Assembly (NCBI GenBank): GCA_040954595.2
Contig: CM082584.2
Coordinates: 7,645,919 to 7,709,918 of the forward strand
Reading direction: 5' to 3'
Length of the DNA stretch: 64,000 bases
Source: Balanoglossus misakiensis
Lineage: Eukaryota > Animalia > Hemichordata
Part shown: in pieces, positions 44,799 through 58,721 of the stretch
Layout of the letters: the number at the start of each line of letters is the position of its first letter
Numbering within the stretch: the first letter of the stretch is position 1
Program-made: the position numbers and the translations under genes
The notes under the pieces: model-generated
Databases searched by the model: none
What the model was told of the DNA's origin: nothing
The model's input: the letters and a program-made list of their open reading frames with translations, nothing else

Positions 44799-45839
44799 AA
44801 CTATCGTGAAATTACCAAAGGTCAGGAGTATAAATTGTAATATCGTGTTTAGACTCTCGTGGCATATGGGATAGTTCGCTTGGCGATCGAAGGGCATGGG
44901 AGTAGGCGTTCTGCAGTAAGACTAATCGATCTGTTTCAGTTTGTGTGTGCATTCAGTTTTTCGCACTTTTGCAAACATTGCGTTTCCCGTAGGAAATGAC
45001 TAGAAGACACGCGGTTGAACATGTGATGACGTTAGGTATGTGTTTATAAAGTGGACGACTATCGATATGCTATAATAACCAGAGACGGAAGGCGATAAAA
45101 CGTCACAGACTCTTTACATTTTTTGTAATTGAGTCGCGGAAAAGCTTCTTGATCAGTGAAGGCGAGAATGTGCCTGTCTGTACATGTGATAACCAGTACT
45201 TCCCGTGGAGTCTACGTTTAACATGAAAACTAGATTGTAGACAGCATTCGGGATTCGCTATGTTGCGAAGTGTCAAAAAATTAACTGTGACAACATTTAC
45301 TCAAATCAAGCATCTGCACACACCGTATCCCGGTTCAAAACTGACTTAGTGATTTTCTCTATGGAGGTTAGATCTAATACGCTTCCGCGCCCTTTTAAAT
45401 ATTCATCCTTAGCAATCCCACACCTTAATCCCGAAGCCTTGAGCAACAGATCAATAGTCATTTCATTTCAACTTTGCAGTGAACCAAATGTAGGTCATTC
45501 AAAATATAGGATAGTCTGATATATATATGAATTGTAGTGTTATATCTGAATCGTGGTGAAGTTGGTGAAATACCACCACAGCTTTTGACGGCGTTTCTGC
45601 GCGCACGCAATGTGATGTGAACATTTACCGGGGGGGGGGGGGGGTTGTCAGAAGGTTTTACGAAGTGTGGCACGTATTCTTACATGTGGCCAAGCCAACG
45701 TGAAAAGGTGTTATCACACGTGCTGAAGTGAAAATTGGGTATTTTTACACGTGCCTATTAAATTCATGGAAGTTAATTTCAGTAGGTCAAAGTACCCGGC
45801 TCCAAGTCACGACATCAGCTGTGTGTCCTTCCGTCTGGT

Positions 45840-46172
<333 letters not shown>

Positions 46173-46409
46173 CCAGATACTAGACTACCTTTATCGACAG
46201 GTCTCAACCTTGACTGTCTGCTGCTTCGAGTACTTGGTCGAGTTTCGTACCAGAAGATCAATACTATTTTGAGAGGGCACTCTCCTTCAGTTCCACACAC
46301 CGGCATCACATATCAGACACGGCATTTGAAATCGCCCAGGAAGTTGGATGGAAGTTGTGTGTGATTGAACGTTGATTCACTATATATCCACATGTAGAAT
46401 AATATAAAC

Positions 46410-46466
46410 GGTGTCTTGTATCAAATATAATTAATGAAAAAAGGGCAGCGAGAGAGAGACTTTGTC
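46410..46466 (+). repeat. Dispersed ~57-bp repeat, copy 1
   Basis: ggtgtcttgtatcaaatataattaatgaaaaaagggcagcgagagagagactttgtc aligns at 52/57 with 57112-57167. Confidence 0.8.
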
Positions 46467-46527
46467 CCTTTAATGGATGTAAAGTAATGACGCAAACGTC
46501 TGAGTATATTTTGACCATGAATATTTC

Positions 46528-46533
46528 TTTATT
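46528..46533 (-). terminator. Candidate polyadenylation signal (AATAAA) of the Di-Ras gene
   Basis: First canonical minus-strand AATAAA I found downstream of the Di-Ras stop, implying a ~1.2 kb 3'UTR. Confidence 0.35.
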
Positions 46534-47705
46534 ATTAGGATCGAAGTTTGTTCAAGTCAACATAACCGTCTTTTGTAAATACGACTTTTCTGTAAAAAAC
46601 CGACAACTGACAGATTAATAGTCTGTATTCAGAAATACACAGATTCGTAAAAGCTTCATTAAGTGCAAATTCAAATGAACCAGCGGACACAGAATTGAGA
46701 AAAATGGGTTTTGCTATATACACATGTCGCGCTCGCTTTCGTGGTTTTTTTTATCCAGACGTGGACTGGATTACGATCTATTAAACACAGTCGTGACAAA
46801 CACCGCTCCCTTGCAGTTGGATCGACTCCACTGTATTAGGATCTGTGATTTGTCGAACAAAACAACATTGCGACTGTTGTTTACCAGGCACGCGGGCCAG
46901 AAGTTGGGATTTTGCCGGTGTTCAAAGCCAAATTCTCGGCAGACACGTAAAAATATTATATCCACAGGCGGCACGGCATTTTTTTTTCGTGCAATCCATT
47001 TATAAAAGGCACTTCGTTAATTCGAATTCACAACATGCTAAGAACAATTAAGTGGGGGCGCTCGTCGCTACGCCCGTTGTCCGTCAAACTAGTTTAAACG
47101 CTTACTATTATTACAAATCAAGAAATCCTTCCACAGAAATAAAAAAATATCTGCATATGCTAGATCAAGCGTCCACTTTCCGTTGCCGGATATTTTCGAC
47201 GTTTGAATCTAACGAATCGAAGAAAAAAAAACCATGTCAGCTCCATTTTGCTTGTTCGGTTTACAATGCAAGACCTCGCTTGCAAGTCTAAAATCGCTCG
47301 ACGCAACAACCTCGAGTTGTGAATTACATTGTGCGACAGTTTCTTGTCTTCGTACAAAGTTCTATAAAGTCATTTAAATAGGCACTATGTACATTTTACT
47401 TTCTCGCTAAAAATCGAACATTTTCTGTCCGTCAAATTTTGCAGGTGTCCCATCCCGGAAGACCAGCATCCGGCTAACTCTAAAATGTCTCTGGATCTGG
47501 CGTCATCAGCTACTCAGGACGCTGCAATTTGGTCAGTTCGTCCAGCCATTACATCGTCGGGCAAGAACGCCGTCCCTCGTCATAGCTTGCTAGTGACAGT
47601 GCGCGAATTTGGATCACCATTTCCGCGTTCACTATGTCCAACCTCGACATGCGCCAACCCTTTGTTTAGAGATTAAGTACATTTTTGGTCCCCTCTTTGA
47701 CCAGT

Positions 47706-48302
47706 TCACATTACAACGCACTTCCCCTTTAATTTCTCCCGCCTCTTTTGGGATTTGGATTTCTTGCTTTCCAGCTGCAAGCTCATTGTCCTCCGCTTTT
47801 CCAACTGAAGCAGGTCCTGAAATAGTTCCTTCACATTGAAGTTCGTCTTGGCGGACGTCTCCAAGAAGGCGCAGCCCCACTGCTTGGCCACCTCGGCGCC
47901 GTCCTTCGTCGACACCTCCCGGCAGGCCTCGTCGCACTTGTTGCCCACCAGCATGATGGGGATGCCGTCGATGTCGCCCTTGATCTCGCAGATGACGTCG
48001 AAGATGGGCTTCAGCTCCTCCAGCGACTGCCGGCTGGTGATCGAGTACACCAGGATGAAGGCGTGCCCCTTGGAGATGGAGAGCCGCTGCATGGCCGGGA
48101 ACTGGTGCGACCCGGTCGTGTCTGTGATCTGCAGCGTGCACACGTTCTTGTTGCAGCTGATCACCTGGCGATATGTGTCCTCGATGGTCGGGATGTAGCT
48201 CTCGCGGAACGTCCCCCGCACGAAGCGGAGCACCAGGGAGCTCTTGCCCACCCCTCCGGCTCCGAACACTACAACTCGATAATCGTTGCTCTGTTCGGGC
48301 AT
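47706..48302 (-). CDS. DIRAS: Di-Ras small GTPase (DIRAS1/2-like), 198 aa from MPEQSND, single main coding exon
   Basis: [22 protein letters not shown] (P-loop), YIPTIEDTY effector loop, Di-Ras-specific [29 protein letters not shown], polybasic tail + CVVM CaaX. Acceptor tttgattctttgcag| lies 33 nt before the ATG (exon start 48335). Confidence 0.97.
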   Translation of the reverse strand: MPEQSNDYRVVVFGAGGVGKSSLVLRFVRGTFRESYIPTIEDTYRQVISCNKNVCTLQITDTTGSHQFPAMQRLSISKGHAFILVYSITSRQSLEELKPIFDVICEIKGDIDGIPIMLVGNKCDEACREVSTKDGAEVAKQWGCAFLETSAKTNFNVKELFQDLLQLEKRRTMSLQLESKKSKSQKRREKLKGKCVVM

Positions 48303-51300
48303 GACGCGAAGTCGGATGCTGCGATCCTTAGGCAGCTGCAAAGAATCAAAAGAAGAAATAAGATTGGATTAGTTATTAATTTATTGGCTCTTCAAGGCGA
48401 AGCTTATGTGTGTTTCATTATTCAATAGAGTCTGGATGCACAAAATGTCAGACGCTGAAATCTGTTGTTCTGAGGAGATCTGTGCCACATAAACCCTTAA
48501 CCGGGTTCCCTATTCGCTAAGGTCACCTTTCATCAAGACAATTGACTTTTGTTCGGATTTTCCTTATCCCTTGTTGGTGGGTTACAGAACTAAACCGTGG
48601 GCGTGACACCGTGACCAAATCTAAGATAGCGGAACGAACATGCAAACATTTACCGAATTAAACACTTTTCGCAGAAAGAAGCAAGCTCGATTCGGACAGT
48701 GACGATTGAATAATGGAGCTGCTGTGTGTCAAGTCCAGGAAATCGCCAGAAAAAAATTACAAGTCAAAAGAACTTGCAGCACGCTGCTGGGAGTACGCCG
48801 GCGCGTTGTTGTGATAATATAACGACGTTCAATTCGACGTTCATCGATTCATGCACGTCGAACGCATGCGCAGTGCTCCGGCTGCGCTGTTCCACGCACG
48901 ACTGTGCTGATGAATTAATCGAATTAAAAAAATTGTATAGGGGAGAATCATAAATGGGTGTTTTCAAACCCGTCTCATGGCAAGCATCACGTTTCACAAA
49001 CAGTTTGTTATTTCAAGCAGTCGCTGGGTCAAGGCGTGCGCTATTTTTTCCTTCTTCTCCGACGGGAACAATAAGCCTGATACGTCATTGCGTCTTCTGT
49101 GAATGCTCGCGCGCGTTGTCGTCCTCCTCTGACGAGAAATGAGACTCTTTTGTTAGTCTCTCGTCCTACGCGTCACGTCACCAAAGCGCATGGCAACCTT
49201 TGAGTCCCCCTCATCACTAATGCTGATGAAGCATTGGCACCAAACACCGAGGTGTATTTTTAAGTCTGTTTAGATCACGGTTGAAAAGACCCGTGATCGT
49301 TGTTGATACTATTTTGAATCGCGGGCGGCTGCCAAAAATATTATCGTTAGAGAAGCGGAATTTGATGTTAAATTGAAAGCAAGTGCTTTTTTATGACTGG
49401 AGAAGCATTTTTTTCTTCTTTTGTCGTCACACGGCGATTAATTAGTTTCGACAACGGTGCAGCGAGGAGCAACGGCGCGTGATGGTGCAGATTCGCCGCT
49501 CTTTTTAGACTTAAAAAAAACACAGTGGGCACCGAAGACGCGCAAAGACCATCGTAACCAACACATAAATTCTATGAAGACTACAATTAACTCGTAAAAG
49601 TCTCTAGCTTTTGTCGAGCAACACGACAACAACCGAAGTGTATGCGGCCAGCGCGATTAATCAGTAACATTCTAAATACGTCATGACGATCTACTATTTT
49701 GCAAGGGAGTGGGGCTTTGCTTTAGCGCTATCATCACGGGCGATTCCACTAACGGAAATTAATCTTAGTCGAGGTCGTCAGCACATCTCAGAGGAATTTC
49801 ATGTTTTGACGGGCTTCGGGTGAATATTTACCAGAATCGCGGTATCTCTGTATATCCAGCGGCGTTCACGACGCTTAACGTGCGCGCACGCATGGAATGT
49901 GTTGACGTATGATGCGATATGAGAAAAAATGCACTTCGTAACTAACTAGAAAAAAAAACAACTTTCCCCCCTTTGTCAGATCTCACAATGCCGAAGCTGT
50001 CATCAGTATTCGCGTCACGATTCTTGGCTTGTGACGACCCAAATCTTTCAGCACTCCGCGAGCTTTACGACAAAAATACGGGTCACGCGCAGTGAAATCA
50101 TCATGGTATATGCGTTGATTAAGCGAATAAGTGGGGAATGGGGAAAGTCGATTTCATTAGAGTCGAAGTGTGTTCACCAAACACTGGGGCCATTCATCTG
50201 TGTTTTGTTTCCGACGGTCCGCGATGCATAAAAGACGGAATATCGATGTTTTTCTTACAATTTAAATTTTGCTTTTGCGTCATAGGCGGCCTCATTAATT
50301 TTTGTCGCAAAATGGAGTATTCATAAAGAACGGGATAAAAACACTGCGGCGATGAAAGAAATCAAGAGGGTGAAAATCGATGCGTGGTTTGACGGTGTGG
50401 GGTAGAAATAAATGCGATTTATAGACACCCACATCAAATTGTCACCAACTAAATTGGGGAGAGGGGTAGGAAGAAGGGGGAGGGAGAGAGACGAAGGCGG
50501 GGGGAGAGATAGACTTAGACAAAGATCAACCTGGTTGCAGCGTTATAAAGAATAATTGTGTGCTTTTCCTTATTAAATTACGTAAAACGGGACACATCGT
50601 CGGAAATTCCCCCTCCCCAGGCTAGTGGAGGTCAAGGGTTAAGACAGAGTAAAACAAGTAAAAATCCTAATCCCAGCTTTCCGACGATAATTACAGAACG
50701 ACTACAGAAGACTGCCGTTTTCCTTATCAGGAAAATATCAAGGAATCCATGGCTATATTGATATGTAAACACTCTTTACATTTTTGACATTATGAGGGAT
50801 GTGTATTCACTATAAACGTCACAATTACGCCGACTTAAATGTGAACAATGGCGAGCGCAGGAAATGCGACATGGTCTCCAAGATACTAATTGTGTTTTGT
50901 AAACTACTAAATCACTCTATCGAGCGAAGCACTTAAGCCGTGTTTGACCTGCTAGATATTAACATTCACAGGACTACGTCAGTGGCTGGGTGTGTGTCTT
51001 TACTTCATATCTGGAGCATTTCTGCCATATACATCGCCGGCGCCAAAATTTGGAAATAATGACATTACTGAATAGCTGTACCTGACGCGTGCGAGAAAAA
51101 CACACACACGCCAAACCTAAAATAGAGTGTTTGGTACGTACGTTGGCGGAAACAGTCGAAAACAGTGAAATTACCAAGCTTTAGTCAATTTCTACCCGCG
51201 ATGTATTCGCAGTGGGGTTTATATGTTACAGGATGAACAATTTGATTGAGTGCAGTTGCGAACCAGTAAGCTTAATGCCCACGCGCGCATACACGCACAC

Positions 51301-53127
51301 ACACACAACATCCGATTAAGAATATCAGTAATCCGAACGAAGAAATGAATATTTCGTTGGCCCGACGTAGAGCTGGCGCGATGTGTAAAAATAGCCGAAA
51401 TCCGTCCATCTCTGCTCGCTGCATTTGCCCCACAAATCATAAAGTGTCCTAATGGGGTTGCTTTAAATATACTGATTGCCGTGCGACCGTACAATCGGTC
51501 ACAGACGGAAGGCCCAACCGAATAAGCTTGAACTACTTTGGCTACACGCAGAGAAGAAGGGAGGTTATAAACCTGTCTAGTTCCTCCAGGCAAAGACTGT
51601 AGCATTGTGTTCTAGTTTGAAATGATATTTTCCAAAATTGGGACACCCCCTCCGCTCTCTCAACGGGTTCACTCGCGTCCCTCGGTTCTGCAGTAAAAGG
51701 CATTAGCGCGACGCCGATATTATAACAGCTGAGTTAAAATCAGCTAGACTGATTGATCGCTCACATCTATCAGCTATGATCAAAACGCGTAGAATAGGAG
51801 AAACGGAGCGCTAGAGAAAACAATTTGATTAGCCGCGAGGAACGGCAGCGTCGCGTCGCGTCGCGTCATGCCATGTTCCCTGGCGTAAGCGCGCTCTGCG
51901 GAGAAATTGACATGAATGGATCGCTTAATATCAGTCCGTCGATAAACGGAAATCTGGGACATCGGTTAAACGGAGAGCTGTGAAAAAGAAAAAGTTGCTG
52001 ACCAAGGGTGGGATTGAACGGCGAATTTGTTTCGGCGTTCGCCCGTGTGCTTTCGCGACGTTTCCCGGGCGATGCTAGCTTGAGTAACCGTACCTCTAAA
52101 ACCCCACACGACAATACCAGTAAAAATACGCGTTAGTGGTCGCTGACAAGTTTTTTTTCACGCCACTCGTACGCGGACAGACTGTATGATACCGATTTTG
52201 ATTTCTATGGTAAAAAAGATAAAAAAAATGAAAGAAGGATGAGAAACCTACTATTGCCGCCGTTGCTGTCTTCGTGACTGTCATTTCGCAAAAGTGTAAA
52301 TCGCACACAGAGACCTTCTGAATGGAGACGGAAGGCTGGTGGCAGCGTCGAAGTGTTCACCACCGAATCGTGCACTGAAGTGAATGCCACGTGAAGAATT
52401 GACTGTATAAGTAGAAGCTGGTCACATATATGTGTGGAAGAAAAACGCTGTATTCGTATTTTACGTCACGCCAAGTGGACTGTTCCATTTTTCTTTGTCC
52501 CTCCCCCCTCTTTCGATGCGTTCTGATCTGACGCATGCGTATAACGCTGATGATCCGTACGCCCGTCTCTGAGGTTGAACACTAAACCGTATCCAAAGCT
52601 ATCGTATTCAATAGACTGCATACATTAAGATGTCAGTGACTTTGTACAAGATTAAGTCATACATGCGTAAGGCTAGAGGATGCAATTTTAAGTGCGCAAT
52701 TTTAAGTGCGGTGAATTAAAGTGCCAGTTTTCGAGCCTACTAGGCTACATGAACTCCGAGAAATAAGAACAGACGCCCCCTCTACCCCCTGAAAATACAA
52801 TTGCTCAGTAATAAGCATGTGGGCCCGAGTAACATCTTGAACTATGGTGTGATACAGTGACTGTGTGTAAACCTGGCCACTGACAGAATATTGTTAAACT
52901 ACGTATACAATGTATTGGGGAATCTCCTGAGCAAAGTAAAACAGTCTGGACATCTTCACTCACAGAAAAGCGCGTTTGCGCAGGAAATACCGAATAACTT
53001 GTTTACTAAATCTTGATTCTCTCTGCTCCCCTCCAAGGTCCTCAAGCTATCGGTAATCTTCGCTCGTTTTTTTTGAAAACACAACTCACATAAGCCCTTC
53101 CGGGCAAATTTCTCTGCAGGCACTCAC

Positions 53128-53277
53128 CATCTTTAAGACTCACTCGGAGAAATTTGATATTTTCGACGCCATTGTTCACACCTACGCTCTTCTTGTGTGA
53201 CGTAGTGTCGTTTGCCAAGAGATGATTGGCGTGATCACTAGCGGTAAACAACTTGGTAAATGTGGGCCAGGTTTATA
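53128..53277 (-). promoter_or_regulatory. Candidate TATA box and first exon with two GTGAGT splice donors
   Basis: Minus-strand TATAAA at 53277-53272; acaATGg at 53172; donor CGA|GTGAGT (exon end 53144); donor aaagATG|GTGAGT (exon end 53128). No transcript evidence is available. Confidence 0.35.
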
Positions 53278-56200
53278 GATATTTTTGAAACTTGACTTGG
53301 GTTCGGGGAGGGTATGACGACCGTTACTCACAGCACAGTGCCTCATTTAGCGGCAGCAATGTGTGCTGTTCTTTTTTGTTTTGACGGTTGCACTGAGCCA
53401 ATTTGTAACCGACTGCAACTGATGAACAATAGAGACATTTCCAAAGCCCCAGCAACGCTAACGTGATCCTCAACGTGAGTTTTTACCAAATATTCTGCTG
53501 TTGCAAGAAAAACAACAACACCATATTAACGACCGTATTCTCGGTGATATTCCAAGTTGAAACGACGCAAGCTTTGCACGAATCAGCAATTCTACAATCC
53601 CTATATACGCGTGCGACAAGTTAGACTACTTTATCATCAACACCATCGAATAACATGTTGAAGAAACATCGTTCAAGCTCAACCGTACATTCAGTATTCC
53701 CAGCATGTCGCCGCCGTTAATTTGTTCGATAATTATAGTCTTTCAGTGATGCAACGTCGATCATCGTCACGGCCGCCGCGTGTTGACCACGCTCTGGCCA
53801 TGTGACATGTGTTCGTTATGTGACATTTAGTACAAGAAAAAAATGCATGTATCAAAAATAGCTAAGGGCGCCAACGTTTATATAACTGGTTTACTTAACT
53901 GGCGTATTTTGTGCTCGATGAAAGACGTTCACATCTTGGATTGCCAGGAAAAAAAACGCTATTCAAATATTTAATTACTGGAGTGTTCACAGTTGCCCAA
54001 AATAACTCAGTTCGTTGTAGATTTAGTTTGTCCGAAATTTGAAATGGTTATTTTGATCAGCTATTGTGTAACTGATGAACCTGGGAGATCAGTCATGTCG
54101 GTGTTTTTTTCCACATTGGCAACATTGATTTGTTGTTATGGACTGGGTCGTTTAAAGTTAGAGTTTTTGAATTATTTTGATTTTGCTTAATTCTGGCTCG
54201 TGTAAAACTTTCCAAGTCTGTAAAAAATATTTACCTGTAACAGACCACAGACTGGCTTTCTGGGTTTTACGGTGATTAGGTCAAACTACATCCTTTCCGC
54301 GTAATTCCTTCTCGGTAATAATTAGTCCCTTTCCAGCAGATATTTCCTGTTTGTCTACTCCCGGAAATTCACACACGGGAGTACATGTAAACAGAAACCA
54401 ATTCCGAATACCAAGACACGACACGGACCCGTGCATATTTCCGTTTCACGATGGCGCGGAGAACGCAAACGAAATATGTCATCTGAGCCATCGAATGGCA
54501 GACGGCGCCCATTGAAATGCGCATGATCAAGACGACTGTTTCTTGTGGAACATGTAGGTCATCAGATCAACGGCGCAGACTGTTCAACTAGTTCCCGCCT
54601 AAGCAGGTTAAGTACCGTAGTTTGCCAACAGAGTGGTTTCCTATCAATGACATTGGAGACGCTTTTCACCTCATTCAAACACGATGAAAAGCAGAGAAGT
54701 AGAGAAATATAGTGACGTCGGCGGCGCAAATGCCCCACATGTCCAACATCAGGCGAGACCACAAGTTGTGCCACCATTGTCGCTTTTTATGAGCACACAC
54801 CAAATCTCGCCCGAGCGGCGGTGCAATTTGTGCCAGATGATGAGAATCTGTTTCGCCGCTATATAAACCATGGCTGGGGTATGAGTGGTCGAGCGGGTCG
54901 CCCAGCGCATAGACGCCACACGAGGCCGAATACTATGCTGCCCACTGTTAGTTCTGCGTTCCGGGTCTGAATGTTAAACTGTAAACGTTCCCTTATGGTT
55001 TTGCAGAAAAAAATGGATGATGCAACATGCCTGTACAAATCAAATGGGTCTTGAGATTAAAGGAACACTTCTAATCCCCCAATCTCATTTCTTACGCCTG
55101 GAATTCTGTTATTCAACCAGTTTTGAACTTTTGATACAAACTGTTACACTGTCATGTAACCAGATCATCGTTTACAAACGAACTGGACTTTGAGTACCCC
55201 AGTTGACATTTGGTTTACTTTCTATTATTGAGTTCTCAGTTTTACCTTCTGTAATTGATTTCGTTCTCCTGCCTACTACGATTACGCGCATATACATGTT
55301 TTCATGGTAATTATGCTCCAGTTTCTTGCCAAGGGTGACGTTTTCCAGCAGGCATGCGCATCATGCTTATCTGGGGTTGTTTTTTGCCTGTGCGTAATTT
55401 GAGAGAGTGGTGACCTTTCCATCTACTAATCGCAGAAATTAAACATGTAACGAAACCCTACATTGGTCGACAGAAAATTGCTAGATCTTCTAAACATGGA
55501 ATAATTACTAAAAATGACGATATTCTGTCTTCCGATAAATGGCCACTGGTTGACACAGTTGCCTGTGAACCTAAGTCACGACAAACCTTGTTCTGTGCCC
55601 GCTCGCGGACGACACAGTTTTCAGTTCCTCAACCATTTGTCAACGTATGCACCGACGACTGCAACGATTTCACGTTTGTAGTTTTGTCTCACAGGAAATG
55701 TGAAACGTTGGGGGAGGGGGGGGGGTTCGAAACGGTCAACCATCAACAAAAGGCAAAACACTGTCAATTCCGCAGTGGAATTCTGACAAATATAAATAAG
55801 TATCTTCAGCTGAGGCGTGATGAAGAACGAGTTCACCGATTTCAACTCGAAGCCATGCAAGTACATAGTGTTTTACGTTACTGCCAAATTGTACAAGGTT
55901 CTGCCAGTTTTGCCGGGCGACAGATTAGCAATACTGTCATAGAGTCAATCCCGTGACCTATTCGCCAAGGTTCTTGTGATTCAGGAAATCGTGTGACCTA
56001 GCTTTCGTATGCGGTAATCAATGCCAGAGTAGGATGAAGGAAACGTTGGTGAGTAGCGAAGTCACGTGGTAAAGCGGGAATCAATTGCCATCATGACATA
56101 GAAAGTGCGCTGGGCTGTGTTTCCGACGCAAAATGTTACCTCCGCGCAGCCTTCTGAGTGGCTGTTTCGTCATCATTACATGGGAACGGTCGAAGAAACT

Positions 56201-57111
56201 GTGTCAACTCACTCAGATATATGGATCCGGGGGACACGTGCGTGCGTTGACTGACGCAGGTTTACACGTCCGGCAGAGTGGGTCGATTTCGCATATCCTT
56301 CCGCGACCCAGTTCGCCGTCACTGCACACGGCTCACAAGAATACGCCGTGGCGATAGTATTCGGAAATGATCGATCCGTGTATTGCCGAGTCGATATAGC
56401 AGCCTGCCGCGCTGTAGCTGGCTGTCTTAATTCGTGGAATGGTCAGACACGCTTCAAAGAGTTGTATTGATTTTTCAAACTGTTACTTTCCAGGAATTTA
56501 CCGCTGGTGCACCTTCTTAATAATTTGTCCAGTATGTACCAAGAAAGCTCCACCACTAAAAGTCGGATGCGATTTCATTTGATAGCTGATGAATCGAATT
56601 GTCATAGAAGGAATGGTAATGCGGCGAATACTACAGCCCGGAAGAAAATGAATCTTTTCGTAGATTATTTGTTCTTCTGAATCATATATCCCATGACGTA
56701 CACTCAACGGCGTCAGACAGCAAAACAAATATCCACGTGGAAGACATTGCACGTTGTAGACTTCCACGGCCATGAACCGACTTCCGCGATCTTGGACACT
56801 GACGCAAACCCGGATAATATTAAACGTACTTCCAAGCTCTTTGTAAACTGCAGCTTTTTAACGTATAGTATCATAATTTGGAGGCACACGCAATTCGAAT
56901 GATTGATCCTTGCGCCACTGTCGTTACGAGTGAAGGTTCCGAGATCTGATTTCCGTCCCCACGGAGGGCACAGACGTTCGTTGGTATATGGATAGTATGT
57001 AGAGTATATATAGTTTGTCTTTATGTCTGGAGTGGATTGAAGCTGTTCCATGCAAGCGAACGATACAGAAAACGATTTCAACTACCTATACGGGAAATTC
57101 AAACTCGTTCT

Positions 57112-57167
57112 GGTGTCTTGTATCAAACATAATGAATGGAAAAGGGCAGTGAGAGAGAGACTTTGTC
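57112..57167 (+). repeat. Dispersed ~57-bp repeat, copy 2
   Basis: Same orientation as, and 52/57 identical to, 46410-46466. Confidence 0.8.
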
Positions 57168-57642
57168 TCATTAGGGTATGAACTCTTGATGTTTCCAATT
57201 ATCTGTTCACGGCGTTAATACTGTCAGACTTACGCGTCTTTTGGAACCAGGCGATCGAACCAAAATAGACCTGTTGTGACAACCTGGACAGATGGTTTCG
57301 AAGGTTTACTTCACACTCTAAAAATTTACGAGGCAACTCTAAAATGAGTCTAAAAATAACCGGATTAACGAGCAACGTCACGTTGTATAGATTAAATATA
57401 GCAACCGACGGAGCTCGTCTAGGCCCTCGCCGGTGCTGTGTCAATATTCATCGTTCTTGAAATAGAAGCTAAACAGGCAGCCTATTTGTGATTTGAACAA
57501 TCTTTTTCTGGGTCTTTGGGATCAATTCTGGTCGATATCGAGCGATATTAACTTGTTTGCTCGTGCGCTGCAATTAGTGGATTAATTTGACGGTATGGTA
57601 ATGAGCAATCCGCCGTGAAGAGGGGGGGGGGGGTGTCACAAC

Positions 57643-57714
57643 GGCTCGGTTAGCTAGCATCGGGGAATTAGACTAGCGGAATCGGGACCTGGAAGGGGTT
57701 GACGACTCCCTGGC
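57643..57714 (+). mobile_element. Possible degenerate tRNA-derived SINE head
   Basis: ggctcggttagctagcatcgg (A-box-like) and ggttgacgactccc (B-box-like with an insertion) at tRNA-like spacing; no intact cloverleaf. Confidence 0.25.
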
Positions 57715-58721
57715 ACAGACGGCAAACTCGGTATTAAAACAATCAATAGGCAGCGCCCGTCGTCTGGCCGAATTTCCTAAAAATAACAGCACTCGACTGA
57801 AGTGCGCCCCGAGTGTGGTTTTTTTCAGGGATATGTTAGTATATAGACGATGATGAAAAATCTGACTGCAGTCTGAAGTAGTGGCGGGTTTTCTTTCTGT
57901 CTGGAAAACACCGAAGTATATCCATTTACCTCTTTAACAGTCTGGGCGTAACGAGGCCTTTACGGCCGGTTACAAGTAGTTCATAGAAATATCACTGTTT
58001 TTTTTGTTGGTTTCCCGCGTGGAAGCCTTACAAACATGGCGAGATTCAGGTATTCACCCGTCTTATCGCCTGATCATATCGTTACTACAGTCGATGATGT
58101 TGTCGGTTAAAATTCACTCAGAACAGTGTGCGTGTGGTGATTACAAAGAAAACGGTCCCGGGGAGTCAAATTCATGATGTAGGCCGACTCGAGTCGCGTG
58201 GAGTATGCGTTGGCTATTACGAAATTGTGATTCCGTGACAGTTGCAGAGTCCACAGTTATATTTAACTCCACGTCGAATTCATACAGCCTTTCATAGATG
58301 ATTTTCATATCGCGGCAAGTGAACGGCTGTTAATTTTATCCAAACAGAGTATCCGGTCGATAAAGGGGAGTTTTGCCGCCGTTTCTAAGTGTAAAAAATC
58401 AATTCCTTTTGCTAATGAATAATGATATATTTTTAAAAAGTGGGGTTTCGATTTTTTTTCAGAATGAATTAGAAAATTTTAAAGACTTGCTTCTTAATTT
58501 ATACGACATACATTCAGACACGATAAAATTCAGATCTTATAAAGAACTAACCACATAGTATACGGATCCTGCAGTGCGCATATTTGCTATGCAGCGCCCC
58601 CATGAGCGATCGACAGTACCGAGCATGATTCAGCAATGAAAATAGTGGGATTGATGCAATCATCTATCCAATAGCATCTAGAAATGTGCCTAGCTTTCGC
58701 ACTCTGACAACCATATGAATG

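Noticed and set aside
48336-48341. ORF-track start of Di-Ras at 48341
   Set aside because: It is a TTG within the splice acceptor (ttgcag), not a eukaryotic start.
47632-48428. Overlapping and antisense ORFs on Di-Ras, and similar ones on the dioxygenase and G-gamma
   Set aside because: Shadow ORFs caused by GC-rich third codon positions.
57643-57714. Functional tRNA gene
   Set aside because: The boxes are degenerate and no acceptor, anticodon or T stems can be formed; at most a SINE relic.
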